DNA of 64,000 nucleotides from an uncultured Gammaproteobacteria bacterium. Lineage in GTDB: Bacteria; Patescibacteriota; Patescibacteriia; Patescibacteriales; UBA12465. A program made the position numbers and the translations under genes. Below, one piece after another: positions 32,242-40,717 of this stretch. The notes under the pieces are model-generated. The model saw nothing but the letters and a program-made list of their open reading frames with translations. It was not told the DNA's origin and did not search any database. How positions within the stretch are numbered: position 1 is the first letter of the stretch; every line of letters starts with the position of its first letter. The DNA is taken from contig CAZTUJ010000004.1 in the NCBI GenBank assembly GCA_964616855.1, forward strand, positions 3,610 to 67,609, read 5' to 3'.

Positions 32242-34029
32242 ATGTCCGCATGGCTTTCCTTGTCTAGTGCCATGGATAATAAGAAACAACAATTAATTGA
32301 ACTTTTAAAGATTCATTTTGCTTATGAATCTTTTCGCCCTGGACAAGAACAAGCCATTGATGCAATTTTGTCTGGGAAAAATACGATTGCCGTCCTGCCG
32401 ACGGGAGGGGGTAAGTCGATGATTTTTCAATTGCCGTCTTTGGTCTTAGAGGGGGTTACTATTGTTGTTTCCCCGCTGATTGCTTTAATGAAGGATCAGG
32501 TTGATTCTTTAGACAAGGTTGGTATTCCCGCAACCTTTATTAATTCCTCCGTTTCCTTAAGTGAAACTACTCAGCGTCTTAATAAGATTCGGGCGGGCGC
32601 TTATCGCTTGGTTTATGTGGCGCCGGAACGTTTCTATAACCAAGCTTTTGTTAATGAATTAAAAAATCTCAAAGTCGCTCTATTTGCCATTGATGAAGCT
32701 CATTGTATTAGTCAGTGGGGGCATGATTTTCGTCCTAGCTATTTACGCTTGAAAGAGGCGGTGAAACTTTGTGGTTTCCCGGTGGTAGCGGCTTTAACCG
32801 CCACCGCTACACCCGAAGTTCGGATTGATATTGCTCGGCAACTAGGCTTGGATGATTATGAGTTGATAATCAGCGGCTTTGCTCGTCCTAATTTGCAGTT
32901 TGCGGCGGTGATGGCCAGTAATAATCGTAAGCTTGAATATATTCTTGATGCCGTTCGCAGCCAGGAGGGCGGTTCCGGTATTGTTTATGTGGGCACCCGT
33001 TCAAAGGCTGATGAAATTGTGGAATTTTTAGCCGACTACGACGTGGCGGCCGTTGCTTATCATGCCGGCATGGATAGTGATAGCCGGGATTGGGTGCAAG
33101 ATCAATTCATGCAAGGCAAAGCGCAAGTGGTGGTGGCCACCAATGCCTTCGGTTTGGGCATTAATAAAAAAGACATTCGTTTTGTTATCCACCATGATTT
33201 ACCTGGCACCCTGGAAGCTTATTATCAGGAAGCGGGTCGGGCCGGACGTGACGGTAAGGCCAGTGTTTGTTTATTATTTTACTCCCCTTCGGACAGATAC
33301 TTGCAGGAATTTTTTATCCAAGGTGATAACCCTAGCCCTAATTTAATTAAAGATGTTTTTCGTTTTCTTCTGGAGGCCCAAGAGCAAAATCCCGATGGGG
33401 AAAATTCCGTGCTGATCACTTATTCTGAACTGACGAAGCGTTTATCGGAACCAGCCCCAGAAATGGCGGTCGGGACAGCTATTAAGATTTTAGAAAAAGA
33501 AGGTTATGTCTCTCGGCCCAATGAACGCACCACTAATACTTTTATTAAACTGAAAAAAACTTGGGAGGAGGCTTTAGCGGCCATTAGTTCTCGCGCTAAA
33601 GTGCAATTAGCGGTCGCGGAGAAGCTCCGGGTTCGCTTTGAAAAAGAAATTGTCGCTGGCTGGCAGTTTATTGCTGATGAAGTCGCTATTATTTTGCAAA
33701 TTAAGAAAGAAGTTTTAAATCGGGCGATTAAAAAGATGGCGGAACAGGAACTATTGGAGTATCGCCCGCCCTTTAAAGGTACAGAAATTCGGATTTTAAA
33801 ATTTAGTGATCCTGATGATTTGGAGTTAGATTTTCGTTCCTTAGAGTTGAAAGCGGAAAGGGCGTATAATAAGCTTAATGAAATGGAGTCTTATGTTTAT
33901 TCCCCACTTTGCCGTCAGCAGTATATTTTAAAGTATTTTGGTGAAGCTGACCCGCGGACTTGTGGTCGCTGTGATAATTGTTTAAAGCAAAATCGTTTAC
34001 CGGCTAAAGAATATCTGGGAGATTATTAA
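32242..34029 (+). CDS. recQ: ATP-dependent DNA helicase RecQ
   Basis: 595 aa. PTGGGKS, DEAHCISQWGHDFRP, zinc-binding Cys cluster near the C-terminus. The start may be the second ATG at 32272. Confidence 0.93.
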   Translation: MSAWLSLSSAMDNKKQQLIELLKIHFAYESFRPGQEQAIDAILSGKNTIAVLPTGGGKSMIFQLPSLVLEGVTIVVSPLIALMKDQVDSLDKVGIPATFINSSVSLSETTQRLNKIRAGAYRLVYVAPERFYNQAFVNELKNLKVALFAIDEAHCISQWGHDFRPSYLRLKEAVKLCGFPVVAALTATATPEVRIDIARQLGLDDYELIISGFARPNLQFAAVMASNNRKLEYILDAVRSQEGGSGIVYVGTRSKADEIVEFLADYDVAAVAYHAGMDSDSRDWVQDQFMQGKAQVVVATNAFGLGINKKDIRFVIHHDLPGTLEAYYQEAGRAGRDGKASVCLLFYSPSDRYLQEFFIQGDNPSPNLIKDVFRFLLEAQEQNPDGENSVLITYSELTKRLSEPAPEMAVGTAIKILEKEGYVSRPNERTTNTFIKLKKTWEEALAAISSRAKVQLAVAEKLRVRFEKEIVAGWQFIADEVAIILQIKKEVLNRAIKKMAEQELLEYRPPFKGTEIRILKFSDPDDLELDFRSLELKAERAYNKLNEMESYVYSPLCRQQYILKYFGEADPRTCGRCDNCLKQNRLPAKEYLGDY

Positions 34030-34037
34030 TTTATTTT

Positions 34038-34730
34038 ATGAAACCTAAGCGTTTAGCCAAGTTAAAAGAAATTGTGGCCTCTTCCTATGAGCTGACTGCT
34101 CAGCATTTTAATGAAACCCGTTCGAAAGTGGCGGCTCCAGATTTTGTCTGGGCGGTTAATCAGATTGGCAGCGATGATCAAGTCCTTGATGCTGGTTGTG
34201 GTAATGGTCGCCTTTTAGATTATATTAAATTAAGCCCAGAACAATATCTTGGTTTAGACCAAAGCCCCGCTCTACTCGCTTATGCCCGTGATAAACACCC
34301 GGGCTATAATTTTATTAACGCTGACTTAAGCGAGGTGAGTTCCCTGGTTGCAGATAAATTTTCCCTTATTTTCTGCTCAGCGGTCATTAGCCATATCCCA
34401 GGAAGAAAAGAACGCCGTGAAGTTTTAGGCTCCCTCTTAGCTGCCACTCTACCCGAGGGACGTTTGATTATTAGTTTCTGGAAGCTGGAGGGTCGGAATC
34501 GGCGCAAACTTTATGTCACTTGGTGGAAAAAAATTACCGGCCGTCATCCTTATGGCTGGCGAGATTTAATTTTCCCCTGGAAGAATGCGCACGGCGAAGA
34601 AATTAGCCCCCGTTACTATTATGCTTTCACTAAGCGATATTTTCGTCGCGAATTAAGTCGTGCTGGCTGGAGAATTGAATCCGTGCGCAATGACCGCTTT
34701 AATTATTGGGTAATCGCTCGACCAAAATAG
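34038..34730 (+). CDS. class I SAM-dependent methyltransferase
   Basis: 230 aa. Motif I VLDAGCGNGRLL. Confidence 0.75.
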   Translation: MKPKRLAKLKEIVASSYELTAQHFNETRSKVAAPDFVWAVNQIGSDDQVLDAGCGNGRLLDYIKLSPEQYLGLDQSPALLAYARDKHPGYNFINADLSEVSSLVADKFSLIFCSAVISHIPGRKERREVLGSLLAATLPEGRLIISFWKLEGRNRRKLYVTWWKKITGRHPYGWRDLIFPWKNAHGEEISPRYYYAFTKRYFRRELSRAGWRIESVRNDRFNYWVIARPK

Positions 34731-34739
34731 CCCTCTATC

Positions 34740-34767
34740 TTGACACCCCCCAGGGGTGTGCTATAAT
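34740..34767 (+). promoter_or_regulatory. promoter TTGACA-16-TATAAT of the csoR-like/trxA unit
   Basis: TTGACA 34740-34745, TATAAT 34762-34767, ATG at 34775 (7 nt later). Confidence 0.6.
34743..34759. promoter_or_regulatory. GC-rich inverted repeat ACACCCC-cca-GGGGTGT (CsoR-family-type operator) in the promoter spacer
   Basis: Perfect 7-bp arms. Closely resembles known CsoR/CstR operators of the ATACCCC..GGGGTAT type. Confidence 0.6.
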
Positions 34768-34774
34768 AGCCAAT

Positions 34775-35020
34775 ATGAAGACCGCCGAACAAAGAATTAA
34801 TAACATTATTGGCCAACTTGAAGGCATTAAAAAAATGCTGGCGCAGGCGCCGGAAGATTGTTTTGCTTTGCTTACGCAAATGAAAGCAGTTAAATCCGCC
34901 CTGTCTTCTTTAACCGAACAGATTTTATCCACTGAACTTGATCGTTGCCTTAGTGGCAAGCTCGCCCCCGAAAAGCGAGAAAAGATGGCGGTGATTTTTA
35001 AGGAAGTAATTAAAAAATAA
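34775..35020 (+). CDS. CsoR/RcnR/CstR-family (DUF156) transcriptional repressor
   Basis: 81 aa. RINNIIGQLEGIKKML, DCFALLTQ and ELDRC motifs, so the ligand fingerprint is Cys/Glu/Cys rather than Cys/His/Cys. The track ORF start at 34706 would overlap the promoter. Confidence 0.8.
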   Translation: MKTAEQRINNIIGQLEGIKKMLAQAPEDCFALLTQMKAVKSALSSLTEQILSTELDRCLSGKLAPEKREKMAVIFKEVIKK

Positions 35021-35073
35021 AAATATTAAATAGGACGCCAAGCGGTTTCTCGCCGTTTAGCGCGAATAAATTT

Positions 35074-35403
35074 ATGAGTAAAGCAATGGACGTAGTAAAG
35101 AGCAATTTTGAAGCCGAGGTTCTAAAAAGCCCAATCCCGGTGTTAGTAGATTTTTGGGCTCCCTGGTGTATGCCCTGTCGGATGATGGCCCCAATTTTAG
35201 ACGAATTATCCGGAGTGCTTGAAGGAAAGATTAAAATCGTTAAAGTTGATACTGAGAATCAAGAGAATCAAGAGCTGGCAGTTCAGTACCAGATTCAAAG
35301 CATCCCTAACATGAAACTTTTCAAGAACGGCCAAGTAGCCGATGAGTATATTGGTTTGCGCAATCAGGAAACTTTACGCCAAGAGTTAGAAAAGCATCTT
35401 TAG
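35074..35403 (+). CDS. trxA: thioredoxin
   Basis: 109 aa. Active site WAPWCMPCR. Confidence 0.93.
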   Translation: MSKAMDVVKSNFEAEVLKSPIPVLVDFWAPWCMPCRMMAPILDELSGVLEGKIKIVKVDTENQENQELAVQYQIQSIPNMKLFKNGQVADEYIGLRNQETLRQELEKHL

Positions 35404-35416
35404 TTTTTCAGAGAAG

Positions 35417-35441
35417 ACGGCCGTTAATTACGGTCGTTTTT
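35417..35441 (+). terminator. rho-independent terminator after trxA
   Basis: ACGGCCGT-taatt-ACGGTCGTTTTT. Confidence 0.7.
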
Positions 35442-35468
35442 CTTTATTAATAATTTTAATTTAAAGAT

Positions 35469-36692
35469 ATGAGTATTGTTCAAGATAATTTAGAGCGCCT
35501 GCAGACCGTGGCCGCTTTGGATAATATTAGTGCGGCTGATTTAGAATTGTTAAGCCATCCTGCCCGAGTTAGTTATCAAGATTTAGAGATTAAAGGTAAA
35601 AAATATCCGGCTTGGCGGATTGTTTATAGTAACGACCTTGGTCCCGGCAAAGGCGGAATCCGTTTTCATCCGGAAGTAAGTGAGGATGAAGTTCAGTCTT
35701 TAGCTTTTTGGATGGCTTTAAAAAACTCCTTAGCGGATATTCCCTATGGTGGCGCCAAGGGGGGTGTTAAATTTAATCCTAAGGAAGCTGATCAGGCTGA
35801 GCTTCAGGAAGTTAGCCGAGCCTATGCCCGGGCCTTCCATGAAGTTCTAGGGCAAGATAAGGATGTGCCCGCTCCTGATGTTTATACTAATAGCCAGACT
35901 ATGGCTTGGATTCTGGATGAATATGAAAAAATCATTGGCAAACATGAACCGGGTATGATTACGGGAAAACCAGTGGAACTTGGGGGTATTAAATTGCGTT
36001 CCGACGCCACCGCCCAAGGTTCTTATTTTGTGGCTCAAGAAATGGTCAAAGAATTCTTGTCTAATAAGAAGCCGCAAGAAATTACGGTAGCCGTTCAAGG
36101 CTTTGGCAATGCTGGTTTGTTTATGGCCGAGAAATTGGCAGCCGATGGTTATAAGATTGTGGCCGCTTCTGACAGCCAGGGGGGTATTTATAACGCTAAT
36201 GGTATTGATATTAGTGCCTTGTCTGCTTTTAAGGCTCAGGGCAATTCTGTAAACACTTTTAGCCCTGGCGAGGTAATCACCAATGCTCAATTATTAGAAT
36301 TAGAAGTTGATATTCTCGTGCTCGCGGCCTTAGAAAATCAAATTACCGCTACTAATGCCGCAGCGATTAAGGCTAAACATATTTTAGAAATGGCTAACGG
36401 CCCGATTGATTTAGCGGCTGATAAAATTTTGGATGCTGCTGGAAAAATTATTGTTCCTGACATTTTAGCCAATTCTGGTGGAGTGATTGTCAGTTATTTT
36501 GAATGGGCTCAGAATCGTACCGGTCAAATTTTAGATGAGGAATATCTTCGTACTTTACTGGAAAAGAAAATGCGGGTTAACTGGCAGAGAATGTTTTCTT
36601 TATACAAAGAGAAGACTAATATCAGTTTGCGCCAGGCGGCCTATATTCTGGCTGTCCGTCGAATTTTAGCGGCTAAGCATTGGCGCTCCTAA
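35469..36692 (+). CDS. gdhA: Glu/Leu/Phe/Val dehydrogenase family (glutamate dehydrogenase-like)
   Basis: 407 aa. GPGKGGIRFHP, PYGGAKGG, NAD(P) fold GFGNAG. Confidence 0.88.
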   Translation: MSIVQDNLERLQTVAALDNISAADLELLSHPARVSYQDLEIKGKKYPAWRIVYSNDLGPGKGGIRFHPEVSEDEVQSLAFWMALKNSLADIPYGGAKGGVKFNPKEADQAELQEVSRAYARAFHEVLGQDKDVPAPDVYTNSQTMAWILDEYEKIIGKHEPGMITGKPVELGGIKLRSDATAQGSYFVAQEMVKEFLSNKKPQEITVAVQGFGNAGLFMAEKLAADGYKIVAASDSQGGIYNANGIDISALSAFKAQGNSVNTFSPGEVITNAQLLELEVDILVLAALENQITATNAAAIKAKHILEMANGPIDLAADKILDAAGKIIVPDILANSGGVIVSYFEWAQNRTGQILDEEYLRTLLEKKMRVNWQRMFSLYKEKTNISLRQAAYILAVRRILAAKHWRS

Positions 36693-36707
36693 TATTTTGG
36701 TGGTATT

Positions 36708-36742
36708 TAAAAAACCGACGCTTTATCAGCGTCGGTTTTTTG
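36708..36742. terminator. bidirectional rho-independent terminator
   Basis: AAAAAACCGACGC-tttatca-GCGTCGGTTTTTT. Confidence 0.85.
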
Positions 36743-36759
36743 TATCAGTTTTTTATTAC

Positions 36760-37767
36760 TTAGTTGCAGGAAGCGGCGGTCGAAGCGGCACTATAGTCGA
36801 AGCCAAATCCCGGAGTCGGTGACTGGCTGTTTAATTGCGTGCTGCATTCTTCCGGAGCATTATTGAAAGCGGCACAGATAGTAGCGAGTAAAGAGGCGGA
36901 ATCACGTCCGCTCTGGACTTCCTGACCGTTGATGATTAAGGTCGGGGAGCCGCCAACGCTATATTTTTCATTATCAGCTTTGTTGACATTGAAGCCCGGG
37001 AAACTACCGCGCCAATCAGTCTTGCTGTCATAGTTTTCCGTAACTTTGAATTCTTTATCGGTCTTAGTAACACAGCTTTCAATTTTGCTCTTATTGGCAA
37101 CACTGCTTAAACAATCCGCACCTTTACCTTCAGCCAGGAAGCACTGCAAGTATTCCGCTAATTTATCCGGCTGTTCTTTTTGGATACAATATTGTACTAA
37201 ATTTTCGTCGATTTCTTGCTTTTCGTGCATCGCGTAATCACAGAACTTTAACTTGAAATCAATTTTATTGCCTAAAGTTTCCATAACCGGCAACATTCCT
37301 TTTTCAATCTGAGTACCATAAGGGCAGTAGCTCATAACGAAGAGCTCTACTACAGGCTTATCATTTTTTGGGATATTTGTCGGCACAGTGGTTCCACTCT
37401 GATCTCCAGTGGCAGTGGCCTGTTCTTGTGCGGTCTTAGCCATATCAATTGCTTGGGGGAAGAATAATTTGCCATCCTTGCTGACATAAGATTCTACCGG
37501 GCTTTCTGAACCGATATCGATTTTCATTTTGTATAAATCATATTCTTCCGAAGTTTCGGTGATGGAGGCCTTACTGCCGCTAGGCATTAAGAAATTATTA
37601 ACGAAATCTTCGGACTTAGCTCTCGCTTCTTCAATGCTAATTTCTTTATAGCTTTCCTTGTTTTTCATGGAAAAAATTAAAACCGCGGCTACAATTACCA
37701 CGATCAGACCAATAGCAATGGCTATCGCCTTTTTATCCTTTAGGAATCTCTTACACATTTTTTTCAT
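36760..37767 (-). CDS. membrane-anchored thioredoxin-fold (DsbA-like) protein
   Basis: 335 aa. N-terminal TM anchor and CPYG redox motif (FVMSYCPYGTQ). Confidence 0.6.
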   Translation of the reverse strand: MKKMCKRFLKDKKAIAIAIGLIVVIVAAVLIFSMKNKESYKEISIEEARAKSEDFVNNFLMPSGSKASITETSEEYDLYKMKIDIGSESPVESYVSKDGKLFFPQAIDMAKTAQEQATATGDQSGTTVPTNIPKNDKPVVELFVMSYCPYGTQIEKGMLPVMETLGNKIDFKLKFCDYAMHEKQEIDENLVQYCIQKEQPDKLAEYLQCFLAEGKGADCLSSVANKSKIESCVTKTDKEFKVTENYDSKTDWRGSFPGFNVNKADNEKYSVGGSPTLIINGQEVQSGRDSASLLATICAAFNNAPEECSTQLNSQSPTPGFGFDYSAASTAASCN

Positions 37768-37830
37768 ATTTTTATAAAAATTATTTTCTATATTAGATAA
37801 TTATAGAAAATAATGTCTTTAAAGTCAAAA

Positions 37831-38610
37831 TTATTTTAATTTTTCTAAAAATTCTTTCAATTCCTTGGGTAAATCGATTTTAAACTCCAGGCTGGTGCCG
37901 TCTAGGTCTTTAAATTTTAGATGTCGGGCTACTAGGAAGATTCTGCCCAGATTAATTTTTTTATTCTTTACTTTCGTTTTCGGAGTGCCGTATAAGTCGT
38001 CTCCGACTAAGGGGTGTCCGTAGGCAGACAGATGGACGCGGATTTGATGAGTGCGCCCCGTCTTGATTTTAACATTCAATAAGCTAACGTGGGGCCATTT
38101 TTTTTCTACCGTGAAAAGAGTGATTGCTTCTCTAGCCTTTTCCCGGGCATCCATATTGCCTTGGTCGCGGTTGGAAATTTTATTTTTTCCTTCACGCATA
38201 CTAATAGGTAGGGCGGCCATCTTATGCCCTGACTTAGCGCGGACAATGGGAAAAAGAATTTCACCTTCATCTTTGCTGAGCTTGCCATAGGCTAAGGCTG
38301 TATATTCTTTTTTAACAGTTCTTTTTTTAAATTGTTTCTTAATGAATTCAAAGACTTCGTTATTTTTCGCTACCACCATCAAACCACTAGCTTCTTTGTC
38401 GAGACGATGGACAATGCCGGGGCGTTTAGGATCTTCGCCTACGCCTTTGAGGACGGGGTATTTTTTTACCAGGTAATCCGCTAAAGTTTTTTCTTCATTA
38501 CTATCAGCTTCGTGCACAATTAAGCCCGCTGGTTTATTAACCACTAGGACTGATTCATTTTCGAAAATAATTTCAATGTCTCCTTGCGGTGTGGTAATTC
38601 GTTTGGTCAT
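37831..38610 (-). CDS. RluA-family pseudouridine synthase
   Basis: 259 aa. HRLDKEASGLMV catalytic Asp motif, TGRTHQIRVHL. Confidence 0.9.
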   Translation of the reverse strand: MTKRITTPQGDIEIIFENESVLVVNKPAGLIVHEADSNEEKTLADYLVKKYPVLKGVGEDPKRPGIVHRLDKEASGLMVVAKNNEVFEFIKKQFKKRTVKKEYTALAYGKLSKDEGEILFPIVRAKSGHKMAALPISMREGKNKISNRDQGNMDAREKAREAITLFTVEKKWPHVSLLNVKIKTGRTHQIRVHLSAYGHPLVGDDLYGTPKTKVKNKKINLGRIFLVARHLKFKDLDGTSLEFKIDLPKELKEFLEKLK

Positions 38611-38611
38611 A

Positions 38612-40048
38612 TTATTGTTTGTTAGTCATTAAGCTAAGGTCAGCCCGAGTGAAGGCTCGTAGGAGCCAGAGCGAGAGGAAGTAGGCAATAATGGCACTAA
38701 CTAAGCTTATTCCCAGACCTAAGTTTGAGTTTTTAAAAAATTCTGGTCTCAGCCATAAAAGTAGACCCATTAATAAAGAGGCGGCCGCTGCTTTTGTTAA
38801 GCCTGACCACTGCAAGCGGAATTTTAAATGCCGGCAAATGAAGGTGGTGGAAAGGACGGCAATGGCAACTTCGCTGTAAATAGTGACGGCGGCCGCTCCG
38901 AAATAAGAGAAGCGAGGAATGAAGTAGAGATAGGCACCTAAAGCCGTGAGGCTGGTAAAGGCATAAATCCAAATTACCTTTTTTTGGGCTTGTACCGCAA
39001 TTACAGCGTGAGCCATCATATTACCTAAAAAGATGGCGGCCACCGCTAAGATTAATACGCGGAGAATGTTCCCTGCTTCCAAAAATTCTTGGCCGGCAAT
39101 GAGGATAATAATATCATCAGCAAGAAATTGGGTGCCAATTAGGAGTGGCAGTGCGACCATGGCCATAATGTCAAAAGAGCGTTGGAGTATCCGGTTAAAT
39201 TGGGGGCGGTCATTATTCTGCCAAGAACTAATTAGGAGCGGCAAAATAATGCCAGCGAACATAAAAGGCAGAGAGCTGAGTACGTCGATAATTTTGTAAG
39301 CAGCCCCATAGAGGCCGACTTCTTCCGCACTTTTGATAAGGGAGAGAATTAAAGTATCAGCCCGGAGATAGATGAGGTTGAAGGCGATGGTTAATGCTAA
39401 GGGCCAAGATAATTTGATAATTTCTCGCCATTGCTGGCGGTTAAAAATCGGGCGGATATGAGCAAAACGGCGGGCGAAGAAGAAATGTAGACTGAAACTA
39501 GCGAAACTGGCCGCTGAGGTAGCAATCAGCATACCGTTTAAGCCCCAGTTTTTTTGCACAGTGAGAATGACGCCAGCTATTAGGACAAAGCGGCTTAGAG
39601 TTTCGGCCCAAGCAACCTTTTCCATCTTTAAGCGATTTTGGAATAGCCCGACCATAATCTGATTTAGGGCGGTAAAGATAAAAGAAGCGGCGGCTACTAA
39701 GACGCCAACTTTAATACCACTACTATAGTCAAAAAGTAGAACTACTAAGGGGGCAAATCCAATAAAAATCAAAGCGGAAAGCAGTCTTAAACCGAAAAGG
39801 TTACCTAGGATAAAATTTTCTCGATCTCTAGCGCCACTAATCATTTGCGCTGTGACTAAAGTTAGTCCTAAATCGGCAATAATTGCAAAGAAAGAAAGAA
39901 AGGTAATAACGGTGGTATATTCCCCGAAGCCGGCTTGTCCTAATTCGCGGGTCATCAAGGCGAAAGCGAAGAGGTTTAAGCCAGTCGAGCTCATTTTACC
40001 AACTACTTGGACTAGAGTGTTATGGAATATTTTTCTGGGCAAACTCAT
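38612..40048 (-). CDS. polysaccharide/oligosaccharide flippase (MOP superfamily, Wzx/MurJ-like)
   Basis: 478 aa with about 12-14 TM helices and flippase-like topology. Confidence 0.65.
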   Translation of the reverse strand: MSLPRKIFHNTLVQVVGKMSSTGLNLFAFALMTRELGQAGFGEYTTVITFLSFFAIIADLGLTLVTAQMISGARDRENFILGNLFGLRLLSALIFIGFAPLVVLLFDYSSGIKVGVLVAAASFIFTALNQIMVGLFQNRLKMEKVAWAETLSRFVLIAGVILTVQKNWGLNGMLIATSAASFASFSLHFFFARRFAHIRPIFNRQQWREIIKLSWPLALTIAFNLIYLRADTLILSLIKSAEEVGLYGAAYKIIDVLSSLPFMFAGIILPLLISSWQNNDRPQFNRILQRSFDIMAMVALPLLIGTQFLADDIIILIAGQEFLEAGNILRVLILAVAAIFLGNMMAHAVIAVQAQKKVIWIYAFTSLTALGAYLYFIPRFSYFGAAAVTIYSEVAIAVLSTTFICRHLKFRLQWSGLTKAAAASLLMGLLLWLRPEFFKNSNLGLGISLVSAIIAYFLSLWLLRAFTRADLSLMTNKQ

Positions 40049-40106
40049 ATTTTCTTGTTTTTTCGGGAAAGATTTTATATAATGATTATATCATAACATA
40101 AACTAT

Positions 40107-40532
40107 ATGCGCATGACCACGAAAAAATTATTATCTGCTCTTTTTCTGCTTTTTTTAGGATTTATCCAATTAAGTTTAATTTCTTTTGCTCAACCGGCTT
40201 TGGCAACGGAAGATTTACTAAAAACTCAGGAGGGTTTTCAGGGGAATGAGATCCAGAGTGCCTTCGGTAAGGATAAGCCGGACGATATTCGTTATACCGT
40301 AGTCCGGGTTATTATGATTACTCTTTCGGTGATTGGCATTATCTTTGTAGTTTTGCTAGTATTAGCTGGTTTTAAGTATATGACGGCGGCGGGAAATGAG
40401 GAAAAGGTTAAAGACGCTGTCAAGCAAATTACCCAAGCCACTATTGGTTTATTCATTATTCTTAGTGCTTGGTCAATCAGTTATTTTATTTTAACAAGAA
40501 TACGAGCGGCGATTAGCGGCACTAATCTATAA
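40107..40532 (+). CDS. TrbC/VirB2-like pilin (T4SS_pilin family common in CPR genomes)
   Basis: 141 aa. Signal peptide, then two TM helices flanking KYMTAAGNEEKVKDAVKQI. Confidence 0.6.
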   Translation: MRMTTKKLLSALFLLFLGFIQLSLISFAQPALATEDLLKTQEGFQGNEIQSAFGKDKPDDIRYTVVRVIMITLSVIGIIFVVLLVLAGFKYMTAAGNEEKVKDAVKQITQATIGLFIILSAWSISYFILTRIRAAISGTNL

Positions 40533-40546
40533 AGTTCTAGATTATT

Positions 40547-40575
40547 TTGACAAAATCTTCAAGTTTTGCTACCAT
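40547..40575 (+). promoter_or_regulatory. promoter TTGACA-17-TACCAT of the nusA leader
   Basis: TTGACA 40547-40552, TACCAT 40570-40575. Confidence 0.5.
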
Positions 40576-40717
40576 CTTAGGGAAAGCTAATTGTAATATA
40601 CAATTAGCTTTTTCTCTAACTATTGCCGTGTCTAGGGTTTTAACTAGACATGGTTAGCAATAAGGTAATTATAAATTTCCCGCTCGGCTCTACTATTGCC
40701 GTCGCGGCCGAAACATT

